Below, piece after piece: positions 41,392-51,780 of a DNA stretch of 64,000 nt; the first letter of the stretch is position 1; each line of letters starts with the position of its first letter. The notes below the pieces were generated by a model. That model ran no database searches. It was not told the DNA's origin and was given only the letters and a program-made list of their open reading frames with translations. Source of the stretch: Verrucomicrobiota bacterium (lineage in GTDB: Bacteria; Verrucomicrobiota; Verrucomicrobiia; Limisphaerales; AAA164-E04); assembly GCA_047947115.1 (NCBI GenBank), contig CP170459.1:4096001-4160000 (forward strand). The letters run 5' to 3'. The translations under genes were made by a program, and so were the position numbers.

Positions 41392-42339
41392 GTGATCGAT
41401 CACAAGGGTAAAATACTGGTTATCCGTGGAGGCGCCATCGGGGATTTCATTTTGACCATTCCCGTATTCCAGGCTCTCAAAAAATATTTTCCCCAAGCGG
41501 AATTGGAAGTCCTTGGTTACCCCAAGGTGGCCAGACTCGCCGTGGAAGCAGGATGGGCCAGTCAGGCCAAATCCATTGAAGATCCAGGACTGGTTCGCTT
41601 TTTCGCCCCGCGTGGACCTGTTCCGCCAGAGTGGCAGCAGTACTTTTCCCAGTTCGATATCATCATCAGTTACCTCTTCGATCCGGACGAAATCTTTAAA
41701 AAAAATATCGAACACTCCGGCAAGCACCACTACATCCACGGTCCGCATCGACCGGATGAAAAACTAAACATTCACGCCATTGACGCCCTGTTAAAGCCAT
41801 TGGAGAAACTGGCTGTCTATGAATCCGGGTGGGTGCCGGATCTGGGACGTTTGATGGGCACCCAATCAAAACCGGAACGAAAAACGATAAGAATCGCCAT
41901 GCACCCGGGAAGTGGCAGCACTCTGAAAAACTGGCCTTCTGAACGTTGGACAGAGTTGATTCAGCACTTTTCTGGAGTATCGGATCTCGAAATCCTGGTA
42001 GTAGGCGGTGAAGCAGAACGGGAACTATGCGCGCTCATCCCGACTCATCTTCCCCAAGGCAAATGCAGAGTATTCATGAACCATCCCCTTGATGAACTGG
42101 CAAGATCACTGGGTGAATGCGACGCATTCATCGGACACGATTCAGGGATCAGCCATCTCGCAGCTGCCATTGGGGTACCATCGGTTGTGCTTTGGGGCCC
42201 CACCAACCTCAACATCTGGCGCCCGGTTGGAAAGCACGTGACCGTCATCGAATCCGACAGCGGACTTCCTGGCATCACCCCAAGACAGGTTCTCCGGGAA
42301 ATCAACCGTTTGCTGGGAAAGGATCGTCCTGTTGGATAG
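41392..42339 (+). CDS. Glycosyltransferase family 9 (heptosyltransferase-like)
   Basis: ILVIRGGAIGD, HPGSG...KNWP, IGHDSGISHLAAA, LWGPT; likely start GTG 41392. Confidence 0.9.
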   Translation: MIDHKGKILVIRGGAIGDFILTIPVFQALKKYFPQAELEVLGYPKVARLAVEAGWASQAKSIEDPGLVRFFAPRGPVPPEWQQYFSQFDIIISYLFDPDEIFKKNIEHSGKHHYIHGPHRPDEKLNIHAIDALLKPLEKLAVYESGWVPDLGRLMGTQSKPERKTIRIAMHPGSGSTLKNWPSERWTELIQHFSGVSDLEILVVGGEAERELCALIPTHLPQGKCRVFMNHPLDELARSLGECDAFIGHDSGISHLAAAIGVPSVVLWGPTNLNIWRPVGKHVTVIESDSGLPGITPRQVLREINRLLGKDRPVG

Positions 42340-42467
42340 ACGATCCTTTCACCTCCGAAAACAATCCGGTTTGGCACTGACCATTCCGACGGTCCAATAA
42401 ATGCAGGAAGGATCATGTTTGCCCGCACGAATGGCTCCAATATTGCCCTCCGTGGGGAAACCTTGGA

Positions 42468-43823
42468 TCAAACATTCTCAGGCGTAGGGTGCACCCAGTC
42501 ACCTCTGTATTTTCGAGCCAAACGGTGATTCGCATCCTCATCGCCGATCACTCGACCATTTGCTTCATCCCATCTTAATTCCCTTCCCAGTTCCATTGAT
42601 ACATTGGCAAGGATACAGGATGCCGACGAAATATGACCTTCTTCAATATCCGCAACCGGCCGTTTTCCATGCAGTCGGGATTCGACAAAGTTGAGCAATT
42701 GTCTCCGATTGCCGGGTGCAGCAAAGATTTCGGTTTCCTTGTGTTGCAGGTCTTCAGGGTATTTGGCTCGCTCATCCTTGTAATCCTTGCGCACGGTGGG
42801 CGCATTCCCGTTGGGAATAAAGTCATAACGCCAGACACTCAATTTCAGGGTTCCTTTTTCACCATACACCGTAGCCGCCCAAGGATAATCAGGATCCGGA
42901 TTCGTGCCCCAATTTTTCTGAGTCCAAACTACCTGCAAGTCGTCGTAATCGAACAAAGCGGTTTGAGTGTCATGCACGTTCACCCCTGAATCGGGATCAC
43001 GCATCAGTATGCCACCAGTCGCTGAAATGCGTTTGGGCCATTTCAATCCCAGAAAATAACGAATCAGATCAAAGAAGTGCACGCAAAGATCTCCAGTTTG
43101 ACCATTGCTGAATTCTCTGCAGTTGCGCCAACGCCTCGGGTGAATGCCCTCATTAAAGTCACGCCACTCAGCAGGCCCGACAAAAGTATCCCAATCCAAA
43201 TGATCCGGAGGTGTGGACACGGCAGGGAAACGACTGCGGGAACCTCCGTAATAACTGTGGATATCCACGTAACCTATTTTCCCAAGTTTGCCGGAAAGAA
43301 TGTATTCATCCCGCGCCTCAAGCAGGTGCGGTGTGCTGCGCCGTTCCAGGCCAACCTGAACCGTTCGTCCATACTTGCGGGCAGCGGCCACCATGGCCTG
43401 CCCCTCGACCACGTCATAACTGATGGGCTTCTGCACGTAAACATCCGCTCCGGCCTTGCAGGCTTCCACCACCGGCAAACAATGCCAGTGATCAGGAGTT
43501 CCCACCAACACGATCTCAGGACTTTGTTCCTTGAGTAGTTTGCGGTAGTCGCCATAGGTGGGCGGACGTTTACCTGATTTCTGTCTTCCGGCAGTCAGTT
43601 CGGCAGCTTGAGCAACCATGTTTTGGTCCACATCGCATAGTCCCACAACTTCGACAGGTGCGACTTGCATCAAATGCAACAGATCGGTTTTGCCATACCA
43701 ACCGCAGCCAATCAATGCCACCCGTAAAGGCTTCTCAACGTCGGCGGCGAACAAGTTAGATTGCAGGGATGCCAATCCCATCGCTCCCCCTACTCCGGTC
43801 TGAATAAATTTTCTGCGATTCAT
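42468..43823 (-). CDS. Tat-exported Gfo/Idh/MocA oxidoreductase
   Basis: MNRRKFI Tat motif, IGCGWYG, TPDHWH, YVQKP. Confidence 0.9.
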   Translation of the reverse strand: MNRRKFIQTGVGGAMGLASLQSNLFAADVEKPLRVALIGCGWYGKTDLLHLMQVAPVEVVGLCDVDQNMVAQAAELTAGRQKSGKRPPTYGDYRKLLKEQSPEIVLVGTPDHWHCLPVVEACKAGADVYVQKPISYDVVEGQAMVAAARKYGRTVQVGLERRSTPHLLEARDEYILSGKLGKIGYVDIHSYYGGSRSRFPAVSTPPDHLDWDTFVGPAEWRDFNEGIHPRRWRNCREFSNGQTGDLCVHFFDLIRYFLGLKWPKRISATGGILMRDPDSGVNVHDTQTALFDYDDLQVVWTQKNWGTNPDPDYPWAATVYGEKGTLKLSVWRYDFIPNGNAPTVRKDYKDERAKYPEDLQHKETEIFAAPGNRRQLLNFVESRLHGKRPVADIEEGHISSASCILANVSMELGRELRWDEANGRVIGDEDANHRLARKYRGDWVHPTPENV

Positions 43824-44006
43824 GTTATACGTGTTTGTATGGTGTTCAAATGATGCGTTTGAGTCTCATCCTAGCAATGCCCCTGCCCGGACACAATCAT
43901 CAATGATGGAATGCGTTTCTTCTGAATTCTTTGATGGACAATGGAGTTGATGATGGCTATTTGGTTGTCTTCAGTTCCCGAGATTACTTTTAAAATCATT
44001 AAAGCC

Positions 44007-44405
44007 ATGAGCAACGATCAAAAACCAAAAACAGGCACTATCGGTTGGACGGAAATTGTTACTCACAACCAGTCTGCAACTGACGCATTCTACACCCAAA
44101 TGTTTGGGTGGTCACAGGAACAAATGCAAATGCCTGATTGCCCTCCCTACACCATCTTCAAATCAGGCGAAGACCATGTGGCAGGATCTGTCACTCCGCC
44201 TGACGCCCCAGAAGCGCCCAGCACGTGGTTGACCTATATCAATGTGGAAGACCTGGACGCGGCCGTTGCCAAAGCAAGGGAATTGGGAGCTACCATACGC
44301 AAGGAGCGCGTGGATCTGCCGATGGGCAGCTTCGCTATCATCACCGACCCCCAGGGCGCAACCTTCGCCGTGTGGCAACCAACCGGTAGTTGTGATGAGG
44401 AGTGA
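44007..44405 (+). CDS. VOC/glyoxalase-family protein
   Basis: FYTQMFGW, WLTYINVEDLD, FAIITDPQGATFAVWQ. Confidence 0.88.
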   Translation: MSNDQKPKTGTIGWTEIVTHNQSATDAFYTQMFGWSQEQMQMPDCPPYTIFKSGEDHVAGSVTPPDAPEAPSTWLTYINVEDLDAAVAKARELGATIRKERVDLPMGSFAIITDPQGATFAVWQPTGSCDEE

Positions 44406-44506
44406 TACTCGTGAAATCATAGTTCCATCCCGAACCAGTTTGATCAACGAACCGAATGACATCTGCGTTATTCCGGACAATCTGCGTTTCGATAAAAACA
44501 AGCGAC

Positions 44507-45725
44507 TCAATCTCCCCCGCCTGGTTTACTAATGCGCAACACCCCGGCGTGGTCTTTCTCCTTGTGCAACATGCCGGGAGGAAAGACGTGTAACGCTGTT
44601 GAGTGATGCATGTTCGTATAGCTCGGTATGTAAATGTTTTTTCGAGCCTTCTGAGCGATAAGTTCTTCTAACTGCTGATCGGTCAACAGAACACGAAAAT
44701 AACCCTCCTGATCGGGGACCACAGCGCCAGAAAAAGGGAGGTTGATCGAAACCTCGGCACCAGGCCAGGGAGACGGCTTTAGATCAGGGGGTGTTGTCTT
44801 CAAACAACAAACGCCCCCAATAATATTCGGGAGAGGATATGCTCAAAGGGTTGATGGCTTCCGGATCCTTTGTCAGCCTTTCGACGGGAAACCTCATGTC
44901 ATCCCGCGTGGGTTGTGTGAAGTCATTCCCCAAAGTCAGCGTGATGAAGGATGTTCCATCTTCCAACGATTTCATCTCTTCTACAGAGAATTGTGCACTG
45001 AACTTTCCCGTATTCTCTACCGAGGTCAGTCGCAGGGGCGCGACCTCATCTGTTTCCCACAAGCTCAGCCGCACCCTCATGGAGGTTACAAAATCGGATG
45101 CAGGGCTTCCATCGTCAAATTTTAATCCACCCCAATAATGGTCGCGTTCGGGCAGTTGTGCCGGACTTTTAATCTTTCCAGCGGAGGTTTTATCCTGAAC
45201 TACAATGTGATCCTCCCATTTCACAGCATCCAGCGTGGTGGTATCCGATTGTTGATAAATGGTCAGAGTAGGAGTGAGCGGAAGCCCCGTATCTTTTCCC
45301 TCTGCCAATTGCCGGCGTCCATACCAAAGCGCAATTCCGTCCACAACTTGCAAGGTGACATTGTAATCAATCTTTTCCTTTTTGAACGATGCACGTTGTG
45401 GGGCATCATCCGCGACCACCACCATGTGATCACGTAGTCGCGATTTTGAATACATCGCAATCAATTCCTCAATCTGGCGGGGTGTGGCACTGAAATAAAA
45501 AGTTTCATTGCCGTTGACCCAAATAGAGTAAACCCGTGATGGATGACGCAAGAGATCAACCAAGCCAACTGGCCAATCAGGTTGCGCAAAAGCATCGGGT
45601 TTCGGGCCAAATTGTTCTTCAGCCATCCCATGCACGTTGGGAAGCAGGCATAACACATTCAAACAGAGTGCAAGACCTGCCACAACATTTCTCAAAATAT
45701 GACAATAAGTGATTTTCACGATCAT
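44507..45725 (-). pseudogene. Secreted hypothetical protein, probably frameshifted at a C5 run (44787-44791)
   Basis: ORF 44784..45725 stops at ...FEDNTP* at the start of a second repeat; ORF 44507..44803 carries the rest of the repeat in another frame. Confidence 0.6.
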
Positions 45726-45864
45726 TGATGAGACACTGGAGGTTTAGGATCATTAGAAATTTTTTCTGTCCAAAGTCAGATTCAGAAACCCAAATTCATT
45801 GACCAAACTCACTCCATCCCTGAAACTGTGCTCATCCCTAGAATGATTACCCGAAGGCACGCCA

Positions 45865-46320
45865 ATGCAGATACCCGAAAAACCGGTGATTCCGGACGAT
45901 CAGTTGATTGAACTCGCACGCGCCACCATGAAGGAGGCCAAGTTTCCCTTCTTGTCATCCATCGACGGCGATCAACCTCGCCTTCGGCCAATATCTCCTG
46001 TGCAAGTGGAGGGTTTCACTATCTATGTGGCCAATCTGAAGATTTATCACAAAACCGCGGAAATAGCCGCCAACCCGAAAGTCGAGCTTTGTTACATGGC
46101 CAGCAACCATGACCAGGTCCGCATCACGGGCATGGCCCATCATGTCACTGATCGTGAAACCATCACAGCACTCTGGGACACCAACCCGCTGCTTCGCAAA
46201 TACCTTGGATCCATTGAAAACCCTCAGCTTATCATCTATAAAATTACGCCAAGACGGGTGCGCTATATGAAGGAATGGGCATTGGAGTATTACGAGGTGC
46301 CGATAGACAAGCAGGATTAG
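45865..46320 (+). CDS. Pyridoxamine 5'-phosphate oxidase-like (split-barrel flavin-binding) protein
   Basis: LSSIDGDQPRLRP, KTAEIAANPKVELCY, QVRITG. Confidence 0.82.
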   Translation: MQIPEKPVIPDDQLIELARATMKEAKFPFLSSIDGDQPRLRPISPVQVEGFTIYVANLKIYHKTAEIAANPKVELCYMASNHDQVRITGMAHHVTDRETITALWDTNPLLRKYLGSIENPQLIIYKITPRRVRYMKEWALEYYEVPIDKQD

Positions 46321-46592
46321 CTCCTGCCAAAGGTCCTGAGCCGTATCACGTTTGCCTAAAGTAATTTCAGAAAAATCTTTGCGTCACCGCGCCCCCGGCC
46401 CATCGGGCATGAGAAAAAGAAGCATCATCGAGCCCTTGTGCGCAAATACTTTTGGCAATCAATATAACAGCCTGCCATTTTCGGCGGGCAACCCTCGCTT
46501 TCTCCGACACAACGCCCCTGATCCAGTGAGATTTCCCTCAGCTCGTTGCTTCTGATATCAATCATACTCCGCGCCACCATGCCATAATCAGC

Positions 46593-46619
46593 TTGACCAA
46601 ATTGAAAATTGTTAACAAT
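46593..46619 (+). promoter_or_regulatory. Candidate promoter and GntR/FadR-type operator
   Basis: TTGACC at 46593 and perfect palindrome ATTGTTAACAAT at 46608-46619, 33 bp before the gntR ATG. Confidence 0.6.
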
Positions 46620-46652
46620 CTGCAATCAAGCTTTCACACCAGATAATTCATC

Positions 46653-47264
46653 ATGAGATCTCGATACCCGGAAATACAAACGGTTCATGAGCAGATCGCC
46701 GGGCACATCCGGTCGGACATTCTCGCCGGGACCTATCCGAGTGGCACTCCACTTCGTGAACAACCACTGGCCAAGAGATTCGGGGTCAGCCGTGGCCCAA
46801 TTCGCGAAGTGCTTCTCAAGCTCACCCAGGAAGGACTCCTTGTTTCGGAACCGAATTGCGGGGTCAAAGTCAGCACCAGCCCCAGCGAATGGCTCCAACC
46901 TTTGATCGTTCGACAACGTCTGGAAATCGAGATTTTTGCACTGCGAAAATCGATATCTGTCATTACAGCCGATGACATCAAGCACCTACATGAAAAACTG
47001 GAGGTTTTAAGCAATGCCTGCCGTCGGAAGGAATTTGGAACCATCGCGGAATGTGACATCGCGTTTCATCGCTATATGCTGGAATGCGCCGGAGAGGAAG
47101 ATTTGATTGCCATGTGGTTACCGCTCGTTACGAGGATGATTATGAATTATTCACGCCACACCGCCATGAGTCAGAGCATCGATGAACACAAGGAAATACT
47201 TCAGGCGATCAAGGAAAAGGATCTCGCTCGAGCAATCAGAGCTCTAAAGCAAAACATCCGCTAG
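46653..47264 (+). CDS. GntR-family (FadR/FCD) transcriptional regulator
   Basis: LREQPLAKRFGVSRGPIREVL HTH; FH and EH..I FCD motifs. Confidence 0.92.
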   Translation: MRSRYPEIQTVHEQIAGHIRSDILAGTYPSGTPLREQPLAKRFGVSRGPIREVLLKLTQEGLLVSEPNCGVKVSTSPSEWLQPLIVRQRLEIEIFALRKSISVITADDIKHLHEKLEVLSNACRRKEFGTIAECDIAFHRYMLECAGEEDLIAMWLPLVTRMIMNYSRHTAMSQSIDEHKEILQAIKEKDLARAIRALKQNIR

Positions 47265-47295
47265 TTCCCGGCAATCACGTCATCCTTTACAAAAC

Positions 47296-50265
47296 ATGAA
47301 CCCAGCAACCGTCATCCGCCCTCACAAAACACCTTCACGGCTAATACAATGGTTGATTCCCCCTGATGCCATTTGCTTCGGCAGACATTACTCAGCCGTC
47401 GTCTCCATCTGTCTTACCGTGGGTCTTTTTTGCCACTTGGCTGCGAGAGCGAGTCAAAGTGCCGACCATGCCGAGATCGACCAGGTCTTTACTCTCAAAG
47501 TATTTCCCTTGTTGAAGGATAAATGTTTCGGCTGTCATGGGGATGATCCTGAGGAAATCAAGGGAAATCTCAATCTGACCACACGGGAGGGCATGCTTGC
47601 CGGAGGGGAGAATGAATCCGCGGCTCTGGTTCCCGGCAACTCAGCTCAAAGCCCCCTTTACTTGAGCGCCACCTGGGGGAATCCCGATTTGGAAATGCCT
47701 CCCAAAGAAAATGATCGTCTTAATCCGGAGCAACTTCAGTTGCTAAAAAACTGGATCGATCAAGGTGCTTCCTGGCCGGATGCATCCATTCAAAAGCAAA
47801 TCCGGGAAGCCCAGTGGAATGAACCCGAAAACGCCGATGGTATTCTGGTTAAAACAAGCGGGGGCACTTCAGATGCATGGACCTTCAGACGTTATCAACC
47901 GGAGGATTTATGGGCATTTCAACCGGTTGAAAAGCCCGCACTCCCTGAAACAAACGAAACGGCAGCCAATCCTGTCGACGCTTTTCTGGATCAAAAACGT
48001 CTGGAAAAAGGATTCGATCCTGCACCTGTAGCAAATGACCGCACTTTGGTCCGGAGGGTCTACTTCGATTTAATCGGTCTTCCCCCTACCCCGGCTGAAA
48101 TGAATCGCTGGTTGGATACATTTGCCAAATTTACCGACAAATCCATTCCCATGGGTTTGTTGGTGGATGAATTGCTGGCAAGTCCCCACTATGGTGAACG
48201 CTGGGCACAGCATTGGTTGGATGTGGCCCGATACGCCGACACGGGAGGCATGTCGAATGACTACGAACGCTCAAACGCCTGGCGGTATCGAGACTATGTC
48301 ATTCGAGCCTTCAACGATGACAAATCCTACGACCAGTTCATTGTCGAGCAACTTGCAGGGGATGAACTGGCGGATGCTTCCGTGCTAAAGCGACACAATG
48401 GCGACAGACCGAAAGTACAAAGCGCCCGACTGAAAGGTGAATATAACTCAGAAGAAGCCGAATGGATTGTAGCTACCAGCTTTCTGAGGATGGGTCCATG
48501 GGATAATGCCATGGTCAAGGCTCCCGAAGCTCGTCAGATGTATCTGGATGACGTGGTCAATGCGGTCGGACAAACCTTTCTGGCCACCACTCTCCGCTGT
48601 GTCAAATGCCACGATCACAAGTTCGATCCGATTCCGACACGCGATTATTACCGCATTTACGCAGCCTTCGCCGGAACCCACATGGCCGAACGTCATGTCC
48701 CCTTCACCTCTGAAGAAAATCTGAATGGATTTGAACCTGGCAAAAAAATGGTTCACACCATGCTGGACTTCGCCACCCGGGAAAAGCAACGTATTCTGAA
48801 CAAGCAGGAAGACGCAGCACGCGCCTGGTACAAAGCCCGCAACAAGGAATATCTCACCGAAGAGGATCGCAAGGATTTGCCGGACGAAGAAAAACCTCCG
48901 CGCATGGTGGGACTCAATCATGTGGAACAGGGACAACGCAAAGTTCGCGAACAAGACGAATGGATCTGGAAACGTCGACTGGAACGTTACCAACCCATGG
49001 TGCAAAGTGTCTACAATGCCAAAGAAGTCACCGTAGCATGGAATGCAGCCCGCAAGCTTCGAATCACTCCCCCCTTGCAGAGCGCCGAATTAGTATCCTA
49101 CATTTTACAGGGCGGCTCTTTAGCCGCGCCCGGGCCAAAGGTTCAACCTGGTGTGTTGAGCGCCATAAAATTACCGGTAAAAGGAGCCAGTCCGGATAAT
49201 CCCTATGTGATCGGGGAAAGTATTGATGGCCGTCGCCTGGTACTCGCAAAATGGATCGCAAATCCCGGCAACGCCTTGACGACCCGAGCCATCGTCAATC
49301 GCATATGGCAACATCATTTCAACAAGCCGCTCGCCGGCAATCCGAACAACTTCGGGGCCAAAGGAAAGAAGCCCACCCACCCGGATCTGCTGGATTGGCT
49401 TGCTTCCGATTTCGTGGAGCATGGATGGAAGATCAAACGAATGCATCGCCTGATCATGACCTCACGCGCATACCGGCAGTCGGGACAACATCCGGAACTG
49501 GAAAAACTGCGTGAAGCAGATCCCGATAATGCCCTTCTCGCTTACTATCCATCACGACGATTATCGGCGGAAGAACTGCGCGACAGCATGCTGCGCATCA
49601 CTGGCGAATGGAACCCAACCATGGGCGGGCTTCCCATCATGCCCGAAATGAACATGGAAGTGGCTTTGGCCCCCCGCATGATTCAATTCTCTCTGGCCCC
49701 CGCCTATCAACCCGCGCCCGTTCCCGAAGCGCGGCATCGGCGCAGCATTTATGCTTACCGGGTAAGAGGCTTGGCAGACCCGTTTCTGGAGGTGTTCAAT
49801 CAGCCCAACCCAAACGATTCCTGCGAGGCCCGAAATGCATCTTCGGTTTCTCCCCAGGCATTCACGTTGTTGAACAGTGATTTGACCAGTGACCGTTCCA
49901 TTGCCTTTGCCAGACGATTGGAAGAGGAATCAAATTCATTACCGGAACAAATTGACCGAGCCTTTCAACTGGCCTTGGGAAGAAGCCCCGAAACAGAGGA
50001 AATCAATCGCTTGTCGAGTTACATCAAAGACATGAACGAGTATCACAGCAAGCATACACCGAAGGCGGTTCACTACCCGAAACAGATCACACGCTCCTTG
50101 GTCGAGGAATTCTCCGGCAAACCATTTGAATACGAGGAAATCCTGCCGGCTTACGAGCATTATCAATCCAACCTCAAGCCATCGGATGTTGAACCTGCCA
50201 CCCGTGCGCTGGCCGACATGTGCCTGGTGCTTTTGAACGCCAACGAATTTGTCTACCTATATTGA
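47296..50265 (+). CDS. PSD1 / planctomycete cytochrome c domain protein (DUF1549 + DUF1553)
   Basis: CFGCH, MPP, YGERWAQHWLDVARYAD, CVKCHDHKFDP, PTHPDLLDWLA, QAFTLLN. Confidence 0.92.
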   Translation: MNPATVIRPHKTPSRLIQWLIPPDAICFGRHYSAVVSICLTVGLFCHLAARASQSADHAEIDQVFTLKVFPLLKDKCFGCHGDDPEEIKGNLNLTTREGMLAGGENESAALVPGNSAQSPLYLSATWGNPDLEMPPKENDRLNPEQLQLLKNWIDQGASWPDASIQKQIREAQWNEPENADGILVKTSGGTSDAWTFRRYQPEDLWAFQPVEKPALPETNETAANPVDAFLDQKRLEKGFDPAPVANDRTLVRRVYFDLIGLPPTPAEMNRWLDTFAKFTDKSIPMGLLVDELLASPHYGERWAQHWLDVARYADTGGMSNDYERSNAWRYRDYVIRAFNDDKSYDQFIVEQLAGDELADASVLKRHNGDRPKVQSARLKGEYNSEEAEWIVATSFLRMGPWDNAMVKAPEARQMYLDDVVNAVGQTFLATTLRCVKCHDHKFDPIPTRDYYRIYAAFAGTHMAERHVPFTSEENLNGFEPGKKMVHTMLDFATREKQRILNKQEDAARAWYKARNKEYLTEEDRKDLPDEEKPPRMVGLNHVEQGQRKVREQDEWIWKRRLERYQPMVQSVYNAKEVTVAWNAARKLRITPPLQSAELVSYILQGGSLAAPGPKVQPGVLSAIKLPVKGASPDNPYVIGESIDGRRLVLAKWIANPGNALTTRAIVNRIWQHHFNKPLAGNPNNFGAKGKKPTHPDLLDWLASDFVEHGWKIKRMHRLIMTSRAYRQSGQHPELEKLREADPDNALLAYYPSRRLSAEELRDSMLRITGEWNPTMGGLPIMPEMNMEVALAPRMIQFSLAPAYQPAPVPEARHRRSIYAYRVRGLADPFLEVFNQPNPNDSCEARNASSVSPQAFTLLNSDLTSDRSIAFARRLEEESNSLPEQIDRAFQLALGRSPETEEINRLSSYIKDMNEYHSKHTPKAVHYPKQITRSLVEEFSGKPFEYEEILPAYEHYQSNLKPSDVEPATRALADMCLVLLNANEFVYLY

Positions 50266-50268
50266 ATC

Positions 50269-51693
50269 ATGAATCCTTTTAATGTTTGCCACCGTCCGAT
50301 ATCGACAGCCTGTTCACGCCGGGAGTTTTTGTTTGGATTGGGTTCCAGTCTGGGCTCGCTTGCCTTCAGTGAAATGTTGGCCAAAGACATGATTCAGCAC
50401 AAGGGACCGCTTTCCCCCAAACCACCGATGCATGCATCCAAAGCCAAGGCCTGTATCATGCTGTTCATGGAGGGCGGTCCTGGACACATGGACACATTCG
50501 ACCCCAAACCCAAGCTGCAAGCCCTCCATAAATCCGAATCCAAAAGCACTGCCGGGCTCGCGAGTGGTTACCGCTTTTTCGTGGGGAGCCCCTTTTCCTC
50601 TCGGAAAGTGGGGCAATCGGGACTGGACATGTGTGATCAATGGCAATACATGGCCGATCCGGAAGTGGCTGATGAACTCTGCAATTATCGTGGTTGCCAG
50701 GCCGAATCTCTCAATCATCCGGAAGCCCTGTTTCACATGAATACAGGCAGCAGACTCGGAGCCGATCCGGCCCTCGGTTCCTGGATCAACTATGGTTTGG
50801 GTTCCATGAACCAGAACCTTCCCGGATATGTGGTAATGACTGAACTGGCCATGCCGCAAGGTGGCCCCACGAATTGGAACAACGGTTTCCTTCCCACTCA
50901 CTATCAAGGCACCCGGCTTCGCCCGGAAGGAAGTCCCATTCTGGATCTCGCATCACAGAGTCACAAAAACCGAGAACACCTGAGGCGAACCCTGGACGAA
51001 CTTGCGTTTCTGAACAAAAAGCATGCCGCCTTTCACCCGGAACATCAGGAACTCTCCGCCCGTATGGAAAACTACGAACTCGCCTATCGCATGCAGATGG
51101 AAGTGCCGGATGTGATCGATCTGAAAGAAGAAACGGACGCCACACGGGAAATGTATGGATTGAACACACCTGAAACCGCCAACTTTGGCAAACAATGCCT
51201 CATGGCTCGGCGCCTGGTTGAGAAAGGAGTTCGCTTCGTGCAAATCTTCAGTGGAGGCTGGGACAGTCACGATTACCTGGAACGCGGTCACACATCTCGG
51301 ATCAAAAGTGTCGATCAACCCATGGCAGCCCTCATCAAAGATCTCAAACGCCGTGGCATGCTGGATGAAACACTTGTCATCTGGACGGGTGAATTCGGGC
51401 GCACACCGGACAACACCCGACGCGGAGGTGTTTACTCTCCTGGCAGAGGACATAACGTCGACGCGATGACCATGCTCCTGGCCGGTGGCGGCGTACGTAA
51501 AGGGTCCATTGTGGGTGCAACAGATGAAATTGGGGCCGAAGCCGTGGAGTGCGTGCACCCTATTCGAGATCTTCACGTCACACTTCTCCACCTGATGGGA
51601 TTGGATGACAACAAGCTCACATACTTCCATGCCGGGCGATTCAAACAGCTGAGTCAATTTGGAGGTAGGCTCATTAACGAATTACTTGCCTAA
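50269..51693 (+). CDS. DUF1501 protein (Tat signal)
   Basis: SRREFL, LFMEGGP...DTFDPKP, ARRLVEKGVRFV, GEFGRTP. Confidence 0.92.
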   Translation: MNPFNVCHRPISTACSRREFLFGLGSSLGSLAFSEMLAKDMIQHKGPLSPKPPMHASKAKACIMLFMEGGPGHMDTFDPKPKLQALHKSESKSTAGLASGYRFFVGSPFSSRKVGQSGLDMCDQWQYMADPEVADELCNYRGCQAESLNHPEALFHMNTGSRLGADPALGSWINYGLGSMNQNLPGYVVMTELAMPQGGPTNWNNGFLPTHYQGTRLRPEGSPILDLASQSHKNREHLRRTLDELAFLNKKHAAFHPEHQELSARMENYELAYRMQMEVPDVIDLKEETDATREMYGLNTPETANFGKQCLMARRLVEKGVRFVQIFSGGWDSHDYLERGHTSRIKSVDQPMAALIKDLKRRGMLDETLVIWTGEFGRTPDNTRRGGVYSPGRGHNVDAMTMLLAGGGVRKGSIVGATDEIGAEAVECVHPIRDLHVTLLHLMGLDDNKLTYFHAGRFKQLSQFGGRLINELLA

Positions 51694-51780
51694 ACCATCA
51701 AGATTGCCTATAAGACGATCATCCAAAACCGCAAATCCAATCTGCCTGCATTGCGTACGTGAGCAAAAGGACAAACACTT

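Noticed and set aside
46321..46590. Possible ncRNA or small ORF in the intergenic gap
   Set aside because: No recognisable RNA family motif or convincing coding signal by eye
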